A DNA stretch of 63,997 nt, counting the filler. It is 5 parts of 5 records of this genome, joined end to end, with 100 filler letters (N's around TTAATTAATTAA, not from the genome) between each part and the next. Parts side by side here need not be neighbours in the genome. Positions count along the whole stretch, not along the records: positions 13,141 to 24,803 come from SRR31156797_8337; positions 24,904 to 43,279 come from SRR31156797_8338; 3 more parts are not named here. The stretch is one strand, 5' to 3'. The translations under genes and the position numbers were made by a program. Within the stretch, counting starts at the first letter, position 1. Every line of letters begins with the position of its first letter. Below are positions 18,718 through 26,729 of the stretch, piece after piece. The notes beneath the pieces were generated by a model that was given only the letters and a program-made list of their open reading frames with translations, searched no databases and had not been told where the DNA came from.

Positions 18718-19506
18718 TTAAATTTGAACAGACAATCCTTGTTTTGCCTGTTCTTTTACCTGGTTGTCTATTTGTTCATTATCGATAATATCCTCAAGTG
18801 CCGGTTTAACTTTACTGTCGTTAAGCGTTATTAATAAATTAATTAAGGTTATTTGTAAAACTGGATCCTGTTGCTTTGATAGTGACTCAATAAACGCATC
18901 CTTTACTTTTGGCAAATGTTTATAATCAGTTAATGCGTAAATGGCCGTTAATCGAACATTCACATTCTCATCACCATTCATGGTATTAATCAACACATCC
19001 AACATTTTCTCATCAACCTGGCTGGCTGCGTTAATTTCGTTAATTACTTTAATACGCTGGCTGGCTGTTGGTTGATTTAAGGCCGCAAAATGAACCTGTT
19101 GACTCAGTTGATCAATTTTTTGGTTTAGCTGTGCCAATTCAGGTTGACTGCTTTTTTGTCCCGAGTACCAACCAATAGCGACTCCAATTGCTACAAAAAC
19201 GACTAGCTGTGCTGCTACGGCAATAAGCCTCCGAATTGAAACCGTTTTTACGCGCTTTTCTTTTACCGGTTTTTCAATCTGCGCTTTTTCATTTTCAAGC
19301 ATCTCGTAAAATCCTTGTGTCAAAGACGCCGAAGGCAGCACTTGCTTTTGTTTGTCAATACTATTAAACAATTGTTTTGTTTCTTCAAGCTGCTGTTGAC
19401 AAGACTCGCAACTTTCGATGTGAGATTCGACAATTTTGGTCTCCTCCTCCGGAAGATTTTTGTCGATATAGTCAACTAATAATATTTCTAAATCTTTACA
19501 GTTCAT
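18718..19506 (-). CDS. Anti-sigma factor: zf-HC2 domain, TM, periplasmic HEAT repeats
   Basis: MNC..HIESCESC, TM, DENVNVRLTAIYAL, QDPVLQITLINLL. Confidence 0.85.
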   Translation of the reverse strand: MNCKDLEILLVDYIDKNLPEEETKIVESHIESCESCQQQLEETKQLFNSIDKQKQVLPSASLTQGFYEMLENEKAQIEKPVKEKRVKTVSIRRLIAVAAQLVVFVAIGVAIGWYSGQKSSQPELAQLNQKIDQLSQQVHFAALNQPTASQRIKVINEINAASQVDEKMLDVLINTMNGDENVNVRLTAIYALTDYKHLPKVKDAFIESLSKQQDPVLQITLINLLITLNDSKVKPALEDIIDNEQIDNQVKEQAKQGLSVQI

Positions 19507-19516
19507 AATTTTATAA

Positions 19517-20050
19517 TTAAGCAGTTTGAAAATATAGCTCTCTTAGTTTTCCAATGGCCCGATGGATTTTCACTTTTATGGCTGATACAGAATTTCCCGT
19601 TATTTCAGAAATTTCTGCGTATTTCAATCCCTGGAAACGAGATAATTCTATTAACTCTCTATCCTGATCGGGCAATTGTCTCAATGCTTCAAACAGCATT
19701 TGATCTTGTAAAACCTGCTCTGATCCTTCCGGACTGTCAGCAAGTTGGTCGGTATCGGCAAACTCATCTTCGGGCACCTTTTTCCTGAAATGCGAGTACA
19801 ATAGGTTTTGTGCTATTTTGTACATCCATGGTCGAAAAATGGAATCGTCCCGAAATGAGCTACGATATTTGATAATTCGTTGAAACACATTTTGTGTAAG
19901 ATCCTCGCTGATTTCTTTGCTTCGGCAACGGCGCAGGAAATAGTTAAAAAGTTCCACGTGATACTTTTCAAATAATGGTCCCAGGGCGTCCAGGTTGCCT
20001 TTGCTTACATCGAGCATTAAATATTCGTCTGTCAGCTGAATGTTATTCAT
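19517..20050 (-). CDS. ECF RNA polymerase sigma-70 factor
   Basis: SEDLTQNVF, FRPWMYKIAQN, GLKYAEISEI..VKIHRA. Confidence 0.92.
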   Translation of the reverse strand: MNNIQLTDEYLMLDVSKGNLDALGPLFEKYHVELFNYFLRRCRSKEISEDLTQNVFQRIIKYRSSFRDDSIFRPWMYKIAQNLLYSHFRKKVPEDEFADTDQLADSPEGSEQVLQDQMLFEALRQLPDQDRELIELSRFQGLKYAEISEITGNSVSAIKVKIHRAIGKLRELYFQTA

Positions 20051-20088
20051 CGTTTTAATGGGTTGCTGTATTGAGTATCTGAATTTAC

Positions 20089-20260
20089 GAAAAAGGTTAC
20101 AGTAATTTGGAAAGTTTTTTGGGAAAGAGGCTATTTTGATAGCAGAAAAGAGAACTTCTATTGATTACCGCAGCACGATAAATTAACAAAGCCACGCGAT
20201 AAAATCGCGCGGCAGCGCAAGTGAAAAAGGTTACTGTAATTTGGAAGGTTTTTGGGGAAA
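20089..20260. repeat. 38-bp direct duplication (35/38 identical) flanking a REP-like hairpin
   Basis: Copies at 20089-20126 and 20223-20260; between them GCCACGCGATAAAATCGCGCGGC. Confidence 0.75.
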
Positions 20261-20263
20261 CAT

Positions 20264-20289
20264 AAAAAAAGCCACCCCTGAGGGTGGCT
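20264..20289 (-). terminator. Intrinsic terminator after the OsmC gene
   Basis: GCCACCC-ctga-GGGTGGC stem, A7 on the plus strand (U-tract on minus). Confidence 0.75.
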
Positions 20290-20311
20290 CCATAACCAAA
20301 ATATACAAAGG

Positions 20312-20743
20312 TTAATTCACCATTGTTTTAATAATACTGTTTTGACAAATATTATCAGCAATTGGACAACGTCTTTCTACTTCATGAATAAAAGCTTCTT
20401 TTTCTTCTTTTGTCAAATCAGCCTGAACATCAACAAAAGCTCTAATTTCTGTAAACCCCGCTCTTCCCTCTTCTGTAATTCCTAAAAGAAAATCTTTATC
20501 AATATCGCCTTCAACTTCAGCTGTGATTCCGTCTAACTTAATTCGTTTTTGATTTGCAAGAATTCTTCCTACCGCGCAAATACATGCAGGAAGTGATGAA
20601 AGAAATATTTCCATTGGGTTACATCCTTCATCCTGACCGCCCATTGCTTTAGGCTGATCTATTACAAATTTATGCGATGCTTGAATTTCAGTACGAAAAC
20701 TTTGTTTCATGCTCCCTTTTACTTTTAATGTTGATATTGCCAT
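20312..20743 (-). CDS. OsmC/Ohr-family protein
   Basis: IDQPKAMGGQDEGCNPME..ACIC; RCPIADN. Confidence 0.88.
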   Translation of the reverse strand: MAISTLKVKGSMKQSFRTEIQASHKFVIDQPKAMGGQDEGCNPMEIFLSSLPACICAVGRILANQKRIKLDGITAEVEGDIDKDFLLGITEEGRAGFTEIRAFVDVQADLTKEEKEAFIHEVERRCPIADNICQNSIIKTMVN

Positions 20744-20852
20744 ATAAATAATATTTAAAATTGATTAAAAAACAATTCTAAATACTAATAACATACCAAC
20801 TCCTATTTTGAACATATGTTCTTTAGCATTCGCACATATGAATTATAAATAC

Positions 20853-20885
20853 AAAAAGAAGGCTGCCTCCCGGGAGACAGCCTTC
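20853..20885 (-). terminator. Intrinsic terminator after the beta-barrel gene
   Basis: GAAGGCTG..CAGCCTTC stem with A-run. Confidence 0.7.
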
Positions 20886-20912
20886 GCTGAGTAGTTCTAT
20901 AATACCAGCTTT

Positions 20913-21770
20913 TTAGAAAGCCAGCGTAACACCAAGACTTATAGGGTACAACTCAGGTCCTTCGTCTTTTTTAAATAATGACTGCAAGCTATAATTACAA
21001 TAAACTCCGAAGTTTTCAAATCCAACTTGTGCTCTTAAACCATAACGTAATGTGTTCATGTGGAAATCTTTACGCACTTTAGTTTTATCTCCATCATTGG
21101 ACTTTAATTTTGTACTGCTTCCAATTTTTACTCCTGCATAACCTCCAACTGCAATCCAAAAGTCTTTATTTCCGATAGGTTGTTGGAATTCTAACATCAA
21201 CGGTACGTTCAAGAAAACAGCATTCAGTTTATTTTTGGAATAAGAAGTGATTGTATCTTCAAATGCATACAAGCTATCTCCATCATTCTGCAATACCATT
21301 TGCTTATTGTCTAAATGATAATTGTTCCACGTAAAACCAAGTCCGGTTACTAATCCCAAACGATGCTTAACGATTGGAACAGAAATATCTACAAGGTTTA
21401 AACTGAACTCAATTGATTTTGAATCCTCTAATTCTAGGTATCCAGCATCATCAGGTAGAATCATTTCCATATCCTTATTCAGGAAGTTATTGATACCTAA
21501 TTCTAACCCAGCATAGTGACCATCAAATTTCTTATTTAATTTACAGTTGAACTCAATGTTTCTGCTGTATTTATGGTCGCCTTCTTTATCCCAGTTTTTC
21601 CAACGATCTTCAAAAGATCCTTTTTCCTCAATGATGATGATTTTTTTGCCTTTGACCTGGATAATTGCTGTATCCATTTCAACTTTTTTTGCTTTTAATG
21701 TATCTGCTGTTTGAGCAAAAATTGAAGTGGCCAAAATAGTTAAAGTAAATGTTAAAGTTAAAAGTTTCAT
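20913..21770 (-). CDS. Outer-membrane beta-barrel (porin-like) protein
   Basis: Signal peptide, amphipathic strands, terminal Phe; paralog of the next gene. Confidence 0.75.
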   Translation of the reverse strand: MKLLTLTFTLTILATSIFAQTADTLKAKKVEMDTAIIQVKGKKIIIIEEKGSFEDRWKNWDKEGDHKYSRNIEFNCKLNKKFDGHYAGLELGINNFLNKDMEMILPDDAGYLELEDSKSIEFSLNLVDISVPIVKHRLGLVTGLGFTWNNYHLDNKQMVLQNDGDSLYAFEDTITSYSKNKLNAVFLNVPLMLEFQQPIGNKDFWIAVGGYAGVKIGSSTKLKSNDGDKTKVRKDFHMNTLRYGLRAQVGFENFGVYCNYSLQSLFKKDEGPELYPISLGVTLAF

Positions 21771-21809
21771 AATATTAGATTTTAAGGGTTTAATTTTTGT
21801 TTTTCTTAT

Positions 21810-21835
21810 GACGAAGTTGTCACAAATATGTTACA
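21810..21835 (-). promoter_or_regulatory. ECF promoter TGTAAC-N14-TTCGTC
   Basis: Same motif upstream of 22775 and 24564. Confidence 0.7.
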
Positions 21836-21932
21836 GGGTTTTTATATTTTTTTGAGTTTTTTTTGAATTAAAAGGATGTAGAATTCCTATTACATTCAGT
21901 TTTTGAATGTATGATATTACATATAGTATTTG

Positions 21933-22775
21933 CTAATTAAATGATAGGGCTATCCCAACACTTATTGGATACAATTCAGGACCTTCATCTTTTTTGAAAA
22001 GTGATTGCAGGCTATAGGTTCCATAAATACTAAAATTATTTACCCCGACCATTGCCCTTAGTCCATATCGAAATGTATTTAGGTGGAAGTCTTCTTTGAT
22101 TTTTTCTTTATCATCATCGTCGGATATAAGCTTAAGATTTGATCCAAGTTTAATACTGGCATATCCTCCAATTAAAAACCAGAAATCATTATCTTCTCCC
22201 GGAAAGTGAAATTCCAGGGCCAACGGTGCTGTTAAATATGTAGTGTTCAGCTGATTCTTTTTATAGGTTGGATCAACTACGGTATCATAAACCAATAGTG
22301 AACTATCATTATTTATCACCAGGTTGCCTTTATCAAATCGGTAATGATTCCAATTTAAACCTAGTCCTGAAATTAAGGCCACATGCTTTTTTACAATTGG
22401 AATGGTGACTGCTGCTAAATTTAGGTTAAACTCATATGATTTAGAGTCCTCTAGTTCAAGATATTGGTTTTCTTCACCTAATGAAAAAGATTGCTCTGGC
22501 GTAATATAACTGTTCAATCCTAATTCTATTCCTTGCCAGTGAGTTTCAAAACCACGGCGTTTTTTTCGGGCCATTTTTTTCTTTGCATCATCTATTCCTT
22601 CTTGAATTTCTGCATTTAATGTTCCCCCGCGATCAATAATAATAATCGTTTTGTTTTTAATATCAATAACTGTAGTATCAGGAACATTTTTAGCCTTTAC
22701 AGAATCTTTTGCGTTTTGAGCAAAAGATGTAAATGAAATCCCTAAGATTATTAATATGGCAATTATTCTTTTCAT
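21933..22775 (-). CDS. Outer-membrane beta-barrel (porin-like) protein, paralog
   Basis: Shares YLELEDSKS and YSLQSLFKKDEGPELYPIS with 20913..21770. Confidence 0.75.
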   Translation of the reverse strand: MKRIIAILIILGISFTSFAQNAKDSVKAKNVPDTTVIDIKNKTIIIIDRGGTLNAEIQEGIDDAKKKMARKKRRGFETHWQGIELGLNSYITPEQSFSLGEENQYLELEDSKSYEFNLNLAAVTIPIVKKHVALISGLGLNWNHYRFDKGNLVINNDSSLLVYDTVVDPTYKKNQLNTTYLTAPLALEFHFPGEDNDFWFLIGGYASIKLGSNLKLISDDDDKEKIKEDFHLNTFRYGLRAMVGVNNFSIYGTYSLQSLFKKDEGPELYPISVGIALSFN

Positions 22776-22803
22776 TTTTCTTAAATTCTATTTCTGTGCA
22801 TTA

Positions 22804-22830
22804 GACGAAGTAACCTTTTAAAAAGTTACA
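22804..22830 (-). promoter_or_regulatory. ECF promoter TGTAAC-N15-TTCGTC
   Basis: Same motif as at 21810 and 24588. Confidence 0.72.
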
Positions 22831-22831
22831 A

Positions 22832-24073
22832 TTATTTGTTTACTGTTTTTGTGACAGAAAATAAGCGGTTCGAAAACTTCACTTTTTTCTTTTCTCCCTG
22901 CGCATTATACTGTGCTTCAAGTTTCATTTCAGTACCCATTTTATCATTTAAAGCATTTACACTTTTTTGAGCCACTTTGAAAAGGGTTAATTTATTTCTA
23001 TCTGTGTTATAATTTACCGTGCTATTATCGGCAATATACTCACCCATTAAATTATCTGCTGTGATTACCTCTACCGGAGCTTCTGTTGATATGCTATTTT
23101 GATCTGTAACTTCAATATTTACTTCACGTTTTCTGATTGGCTCAATTGCTGAAATGGTTGCATAAGTTGGGGCGCTCATTACCGCAGCTGTAGCCATTTT
23201 TGGTTTGGGTTCAGTTTCTGTTGTTGCTTTTCTTTGTTCAACATTTTGTAGGGTCTGAGCCATTTGTTCCAACACAACAGGATGTATAACAGAGGCCTTT
23301 GGCACATACTTCTCTTTTGATTGTGTTTGCTCAATTTGTGCAACCTGCTTATTGAAGTTTTGATAAGTATCTTGTTTGAAATTGGCTATGTTTAAGAATA
23401 AATAGAACGCGGCGGCAGCGGCGGCAATACCTCCCAATGGGTATAAATATCGAACGTTGGATTTTTTGTGCTTTAGTTCATTTTTATTAGGATAAACAAT
23501 GGCTTCAGGTTGTAATTTTATTTTCCTGTAACTCTCTTCAACTTCCTCGATATTTGATATTTGTGATTTAAATCTTACCCATTTTTGCTTTTGTTCTGGA
23601 GTAAGATCATTTTCAAGTTCAGCAATTACCCAAAAATCAAGATCTTCCGCTTTAGGGTTTAAATTAAAGTTTGGTAAACGCCATGGTTTAAAATCCGGAT
23701 AAGGTATTTCTTCTGCTTTTAATTTTGTATGCTGATATAGCGCATATATTTGCTGGAACTCTTCTCTTTCTGCAATTTCTGATTCAAACTTTTGCTGATC
23801 TTCATCAGATAAATCGTTTTCGATTGAAGCTATACTCCATTCATCAATATTTGTTTCATCGATGGCTTGATCTGTCAGGTCCTTTTTTAGAGAGGCTTTA
23901 TTTTCAAAAACCTCATTTGCTGAAGGCATCTGAAAATCTTTCATTAACTCAAATTCCTCTTTCAGATCAAGATTTCTTTCCAGAAAGGCCATTAACGCCT
24001 TTTGATCCTCGATTGAAAGATTTCCATCAAGAAAGTCAATGATATATATTTCGTAATTTTCTCTCGTAATCAT
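22832..24073 (-). CDS. Putative anti-sigma factor with three tandem ASD-like repeats, TM and periplasmic tail
   Basis: Directly downstream of the ECF gene; repeats DFLDGNLS/SIENDLS/ELENDLT; TM GGIAAAAAAFYLFL. Confidence 0.7.
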   Translation of the reverse strand: MITRENYEIYIIDFLDGNLSIEDQKALMAFLERNLDLKEEFELMKDFQMPSANEVFENKASLKKDLTDQAIDETNIDEWSIASIENDLSDEDQQKFESEIAEREEFQQIYALYQHTKLKAEEIPYPDFKPWRLPNFNLNPKAEDLDFWVIAELENDLTPEQKQKWVRFKSQISNIEEVEESYRKIKLQPEAIVYPNKNELKHKKSNVRYLYPLGGIAAAAAAFYLFLNIANFKQDTYQNFNKQVAQIEQTQSKEKYVPKASVIHPVVLEQMAQTLQNVEQRKATTETEPKPKMATAAVMSAPTYATISAIEPIRKREVNIEVTDQNSISTEAPVEVITADNLMGEYIADNSTVNYNTDRNKLTLFKVAQKSVNALNDKMGTEMKLEAQYNAQGEKKKVKFSNRLFSVTKTVNK

Positions 24074-24078
24074 AATTT

Positions 24079-24564
24079 CTATATTACATTCTCCATAGAA
24101 CCAATATACTTTTTCAAAAACAACCTGGCACGGTAGATATAAACCTTCACTTGTGATTCGTTCAAGTTGGTTATTTCGCCAATCTCCTGGTATGAATAAC
24201 CTTCATAATCTCTCAACATCAATACCGAGCGTTGTATATCAGGCAACTGGTTCACAGCCTGATTCAGCACCTCACTCAAATCAGAATACTGATCGTCGTG
24301 CGAATAATCTTGCTCAGATACAGTTTCAAAATCATCTTTGCGGCTTTCTTTACGATACACATCAATCATATAATGGTATGCCGTTGAAAAAAGATAAGAT
24401 TTGGCTTTTTTTCCGTCAATATCTGATCTTTTTTCCCAAAGCTTTACAAATGATTCTTGCACTATATCTCTTGCAAGCTCGTCATTTCTAGTGTTTTTAA
24501 GCATAAACCGGTATACTGCATCGCTATGCTCATCTACACACTGGTTGTATTCCTCTGTGGTCAT
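24079..24564 (-). CDS. ECF RNA polymerase sigma-70 factor
   Basis: ARDIVQESFVKLW, KSYLFSTAY, EGYSYQEIGEI..VKVYIYRAR. Confidence 0.92.
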   Translation of the reverse strand: MTTEEYNQCVDEHSDAVYRFMLKNTRNDELARDIVQESFVKLWEKRSDIDGKKAKSYLFSTAYHYMIDVYRKESRKDDFETVSEQDYSHDDQYSDLSEVLNQAVNQLPDIQRSVLMLRDYEGYSYQEIGEITNLNESQVKVYIYRARLFLKKYIGSMENVI

Positions 24565-24587
24565 GGTGTTATCTTTTCCGCTTGTAC

Positions 24588-24614
24588 GACGAATGGTTGT
24601 TTCAAAAAGTTACA
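24588..24614 (-). promoter_or_regulatory. Autoregulatory ECF promoter TGTAAC-N15-TTCGTC
   Basis: About 24 nt upstream of the ECF start codon. Confidence 0.72.
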
Positions 24615-24745
24615 GGCAATGTAATTATTTATTTATGGAATATGGAAATATAATGAGATTGATAATTAAATCTTATCTACAAATGGGGATGGGTTAGCCC
24701 TAAATAAACAACAAAATTAACTTTGCGGGTGGTTGAAATAAATGC

Positions 24746-24803
24746 TTCGACCCTTCGACCCTTCGACCCTTCGACTTCGCTCAGGGCCCACTTCGCTCAG
24801 GGC
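24746..24803. repeat. CTTCGAC(C) tandem repeat plus two ACTTCGCTCAGGGC copies at contig end
   Basis: Direct reading; probable cause of the assembly break. Confidence 0.7.
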
Positions 24804-24903
24804 NNNNNNNNNNNNNNNNNNNNNNNNNNNNNNNNNNNNNNNNNNNNTTAATTAATTAANNNNNNNNNNNNNNNNNNNNNNNNNNNNNNNNNNNNNNNNN
24901 NNN
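24804..24903. other. Artificial contig spacer
   Basis: N run with TTAATTAATTAA. Confidence 0.99.
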
Positions 24904-25062
24904 GGGTTGGCCATCCCCTTTTATAAATATTTTACGGTAACGCCATCCATTGCCTGGGCATTTCCCCTGTCGAGCTCCGCCAGCAATGAGATGTCGGCTT
25001 TGAGCCTGGACGGAAGGTCCAATCACCTTCTGGGCGGTGTCACCCTTTCCATGGCTTTTTAA
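24904..25062 (+). CDS. C-terminal fragment of a probable outer-membrane beta-barrel protein
   Basis: GLAIPFYKYFTVTPSIAWAFP...LGGVTLSMAF*, beta-signal with terminal Phe. Confidence 0.55.
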   Translation, partial: GLAIPFYKYFTVTPSIAWAFPLSSSASNEMSALSLDGRSNHLLGGVTLSMAF

Positions 25063-25280
25063 TGGAAAAAAAAATAACGGCTTGCCCGTTAATCGGTTGA
25101 GCCCTCCGGTGCATCTCTTCTCCTCCTAAAAAGAAGAGACGCTCGGGGGGTTCCCTCAACCGGAGAATTCCTGTCCAACCTTGACACCGGACACTCATAT
25201 CTCCTACACTCCCCCTATTATTCGAAGGGCTTTCTTCACTGCCTGAAAATCAACCCCCGGAAACATGTGGTTCGTCCAGT

Positions 25281-26627
25281 ATGCCCCAACTCCATCAAGG
25301 CGTCACCCAAATGATTCTTGAGCACCAGGGGGAATTATCGCTCTTTATGCTGGGCCTCATGCTGGTGCTTTTGTGCGTGATTCTCATACGGGTATTCAGC
25401 AAAAAATCATCGGAAGATATCATCCGTCTCCAACTTCAACTGAACCATCTGGACGACCGCCTTCAAGGTCTCTTGACGGCCTTGAAAAAGGAAAGCGCTC
25501 AAAACCGTAATGAATCGGCCAACCAGGCGCGCCTGGATCGCCATGAAATGGGGAAAGGGCTCCATGGCATGACGGAGGGCCTCCTTCACCGCATCACGGA
25601 AAATGCGGGAATGCAGAAGGGCCAACTGGATTCCTTTGCCCGACAGTTGATGGCGTTAACCCGGCTCAACGAAGAGAAGGCGGAAGCCATTCGTAAATCC
25701 CTGGACACCCAACTGGGAATCATAAGATCAGAAAACAACAGAAAACTCGAACAGATACGAGCAACAGTGAATGAACAGCTTCATGTAAATCTTGAAAGAA
25801 GGGTGGGGGAATCCTTCAAACAGGTGAGCGAACGATTGGAGCAGGTCTATCGGGGCCTCGGGGAAATGCAACACCTGGCAAACGGTGTGGGGGATTTGAA
25901 GCGGGTGCTCACCAACGTGCGCGCACGCGGCATTTGGGGGGAAGTTCGGCTCGCCGCCATACTGGAGCAAATCCTGACCCCGGATCAATACGACACAAAT
26001 GTTTCCACCAAAAAGAACAGCCGTGCGCGGGTGGAATTCGCCCTTCGGCTGCCCGGTCAACAAAAAAATCCGGACCGGGTGGTTTGGCTTCCCATTGACG
26101 CCAAGTTCCCCCAGGAGGACTACCAGAACCTGCTGGATGCCCAGGAACACGCCGACAAAGAGAGTGCCGACCGGTATCTGAAACAATTGGAGATACGCAT
26201 CAAAACCGAGGCGAAATCCATTCGCGAAAAGTACGTGGAACCGCCCGGCACAACGGATTTTGCCATCATGTTTCTTCCCGTGGAAGGGCTCTATGCGGAG
26301 GTGCTGCGCAGACCCGGCCTGTGCGATGCCCTTCAGAGGGAGTACCGTGTCGTGGTGACCGGACCCACCACCCTTTCGGCCCTGCTCAACAGCCTTCAAA
26401 TCGGATTTCGCACCCTGGCCATTGAAAAGCGGTCCAGCCAGGTGTGGGAGCTGCTGGGGGCCCTTAAAACCGAATTCGGCCGGTTTGGCCATGCCCTGGC
26501 CAAGACCAAGAAAAAACTGCAGGAGGCCGGTAATACCATTGATCAGGCGGAAGTACGCAGCCGCGCCATTTCACGCAAGCTTTCAAAGGTGGAGGAGATA
26601 TCACCGAGGGTTCAAGAAACGGAGTGA
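25281..26627 (+). CDS. rmuC: DNA recombination protein RmuC
   Basis: N-terminal TM, coiled coil, RGIWGEVRL, LPIDAKFP, TTDFAIMFLPVEGLY, GPTTL. Confidence 0.92.
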   Translation: MPQLHQGVTQMILEHQGELSLFMLGLMLVLLCVILIRVFSKKSSEDIIRLQLQLNHLDDRLQGLLTALKKESAQNRNESANQARLDRHEMGKGLHGMTEGLLHRITENAGMQKGQLDSFARQLMALTRLNEEKAEAIRKSLDTQLGIIRSENNRKLEQIRATVNEQLHVNLERRVGESFKQVSERLEQVYRGLGEMQHLANGVGDLKRVLTNVRARGIWGEVRLAAILEQILTPDQYDTNVSTKKNSRARVEFALRLPGQQKNPDRVVWLPIDAKFPQEDYQNLLDAQEHADKESADRYLKQLEIRIKTEAKSIREKYVEPPGTTDFAIMFLPVEGLYAEVLRRPGLCDALQREYRVVVTGPTTLSALLNSLQIGFRTLAIEKRSSQVWELLGALKTEFGRFGHALAKTKKKLQEAGNTIDQAEVRSRAISRKLSKVEEISPRVQETE

Positions 26628-26729
26628 TCCGGATTTTCATCCATTTTCCATGTAAACCAACCAGCTTTTCATGGTAAGATGTGAACCTAATCTTCGTTCA
26701 CAGCAAAAAACAAACCGGGGAGGAACACC

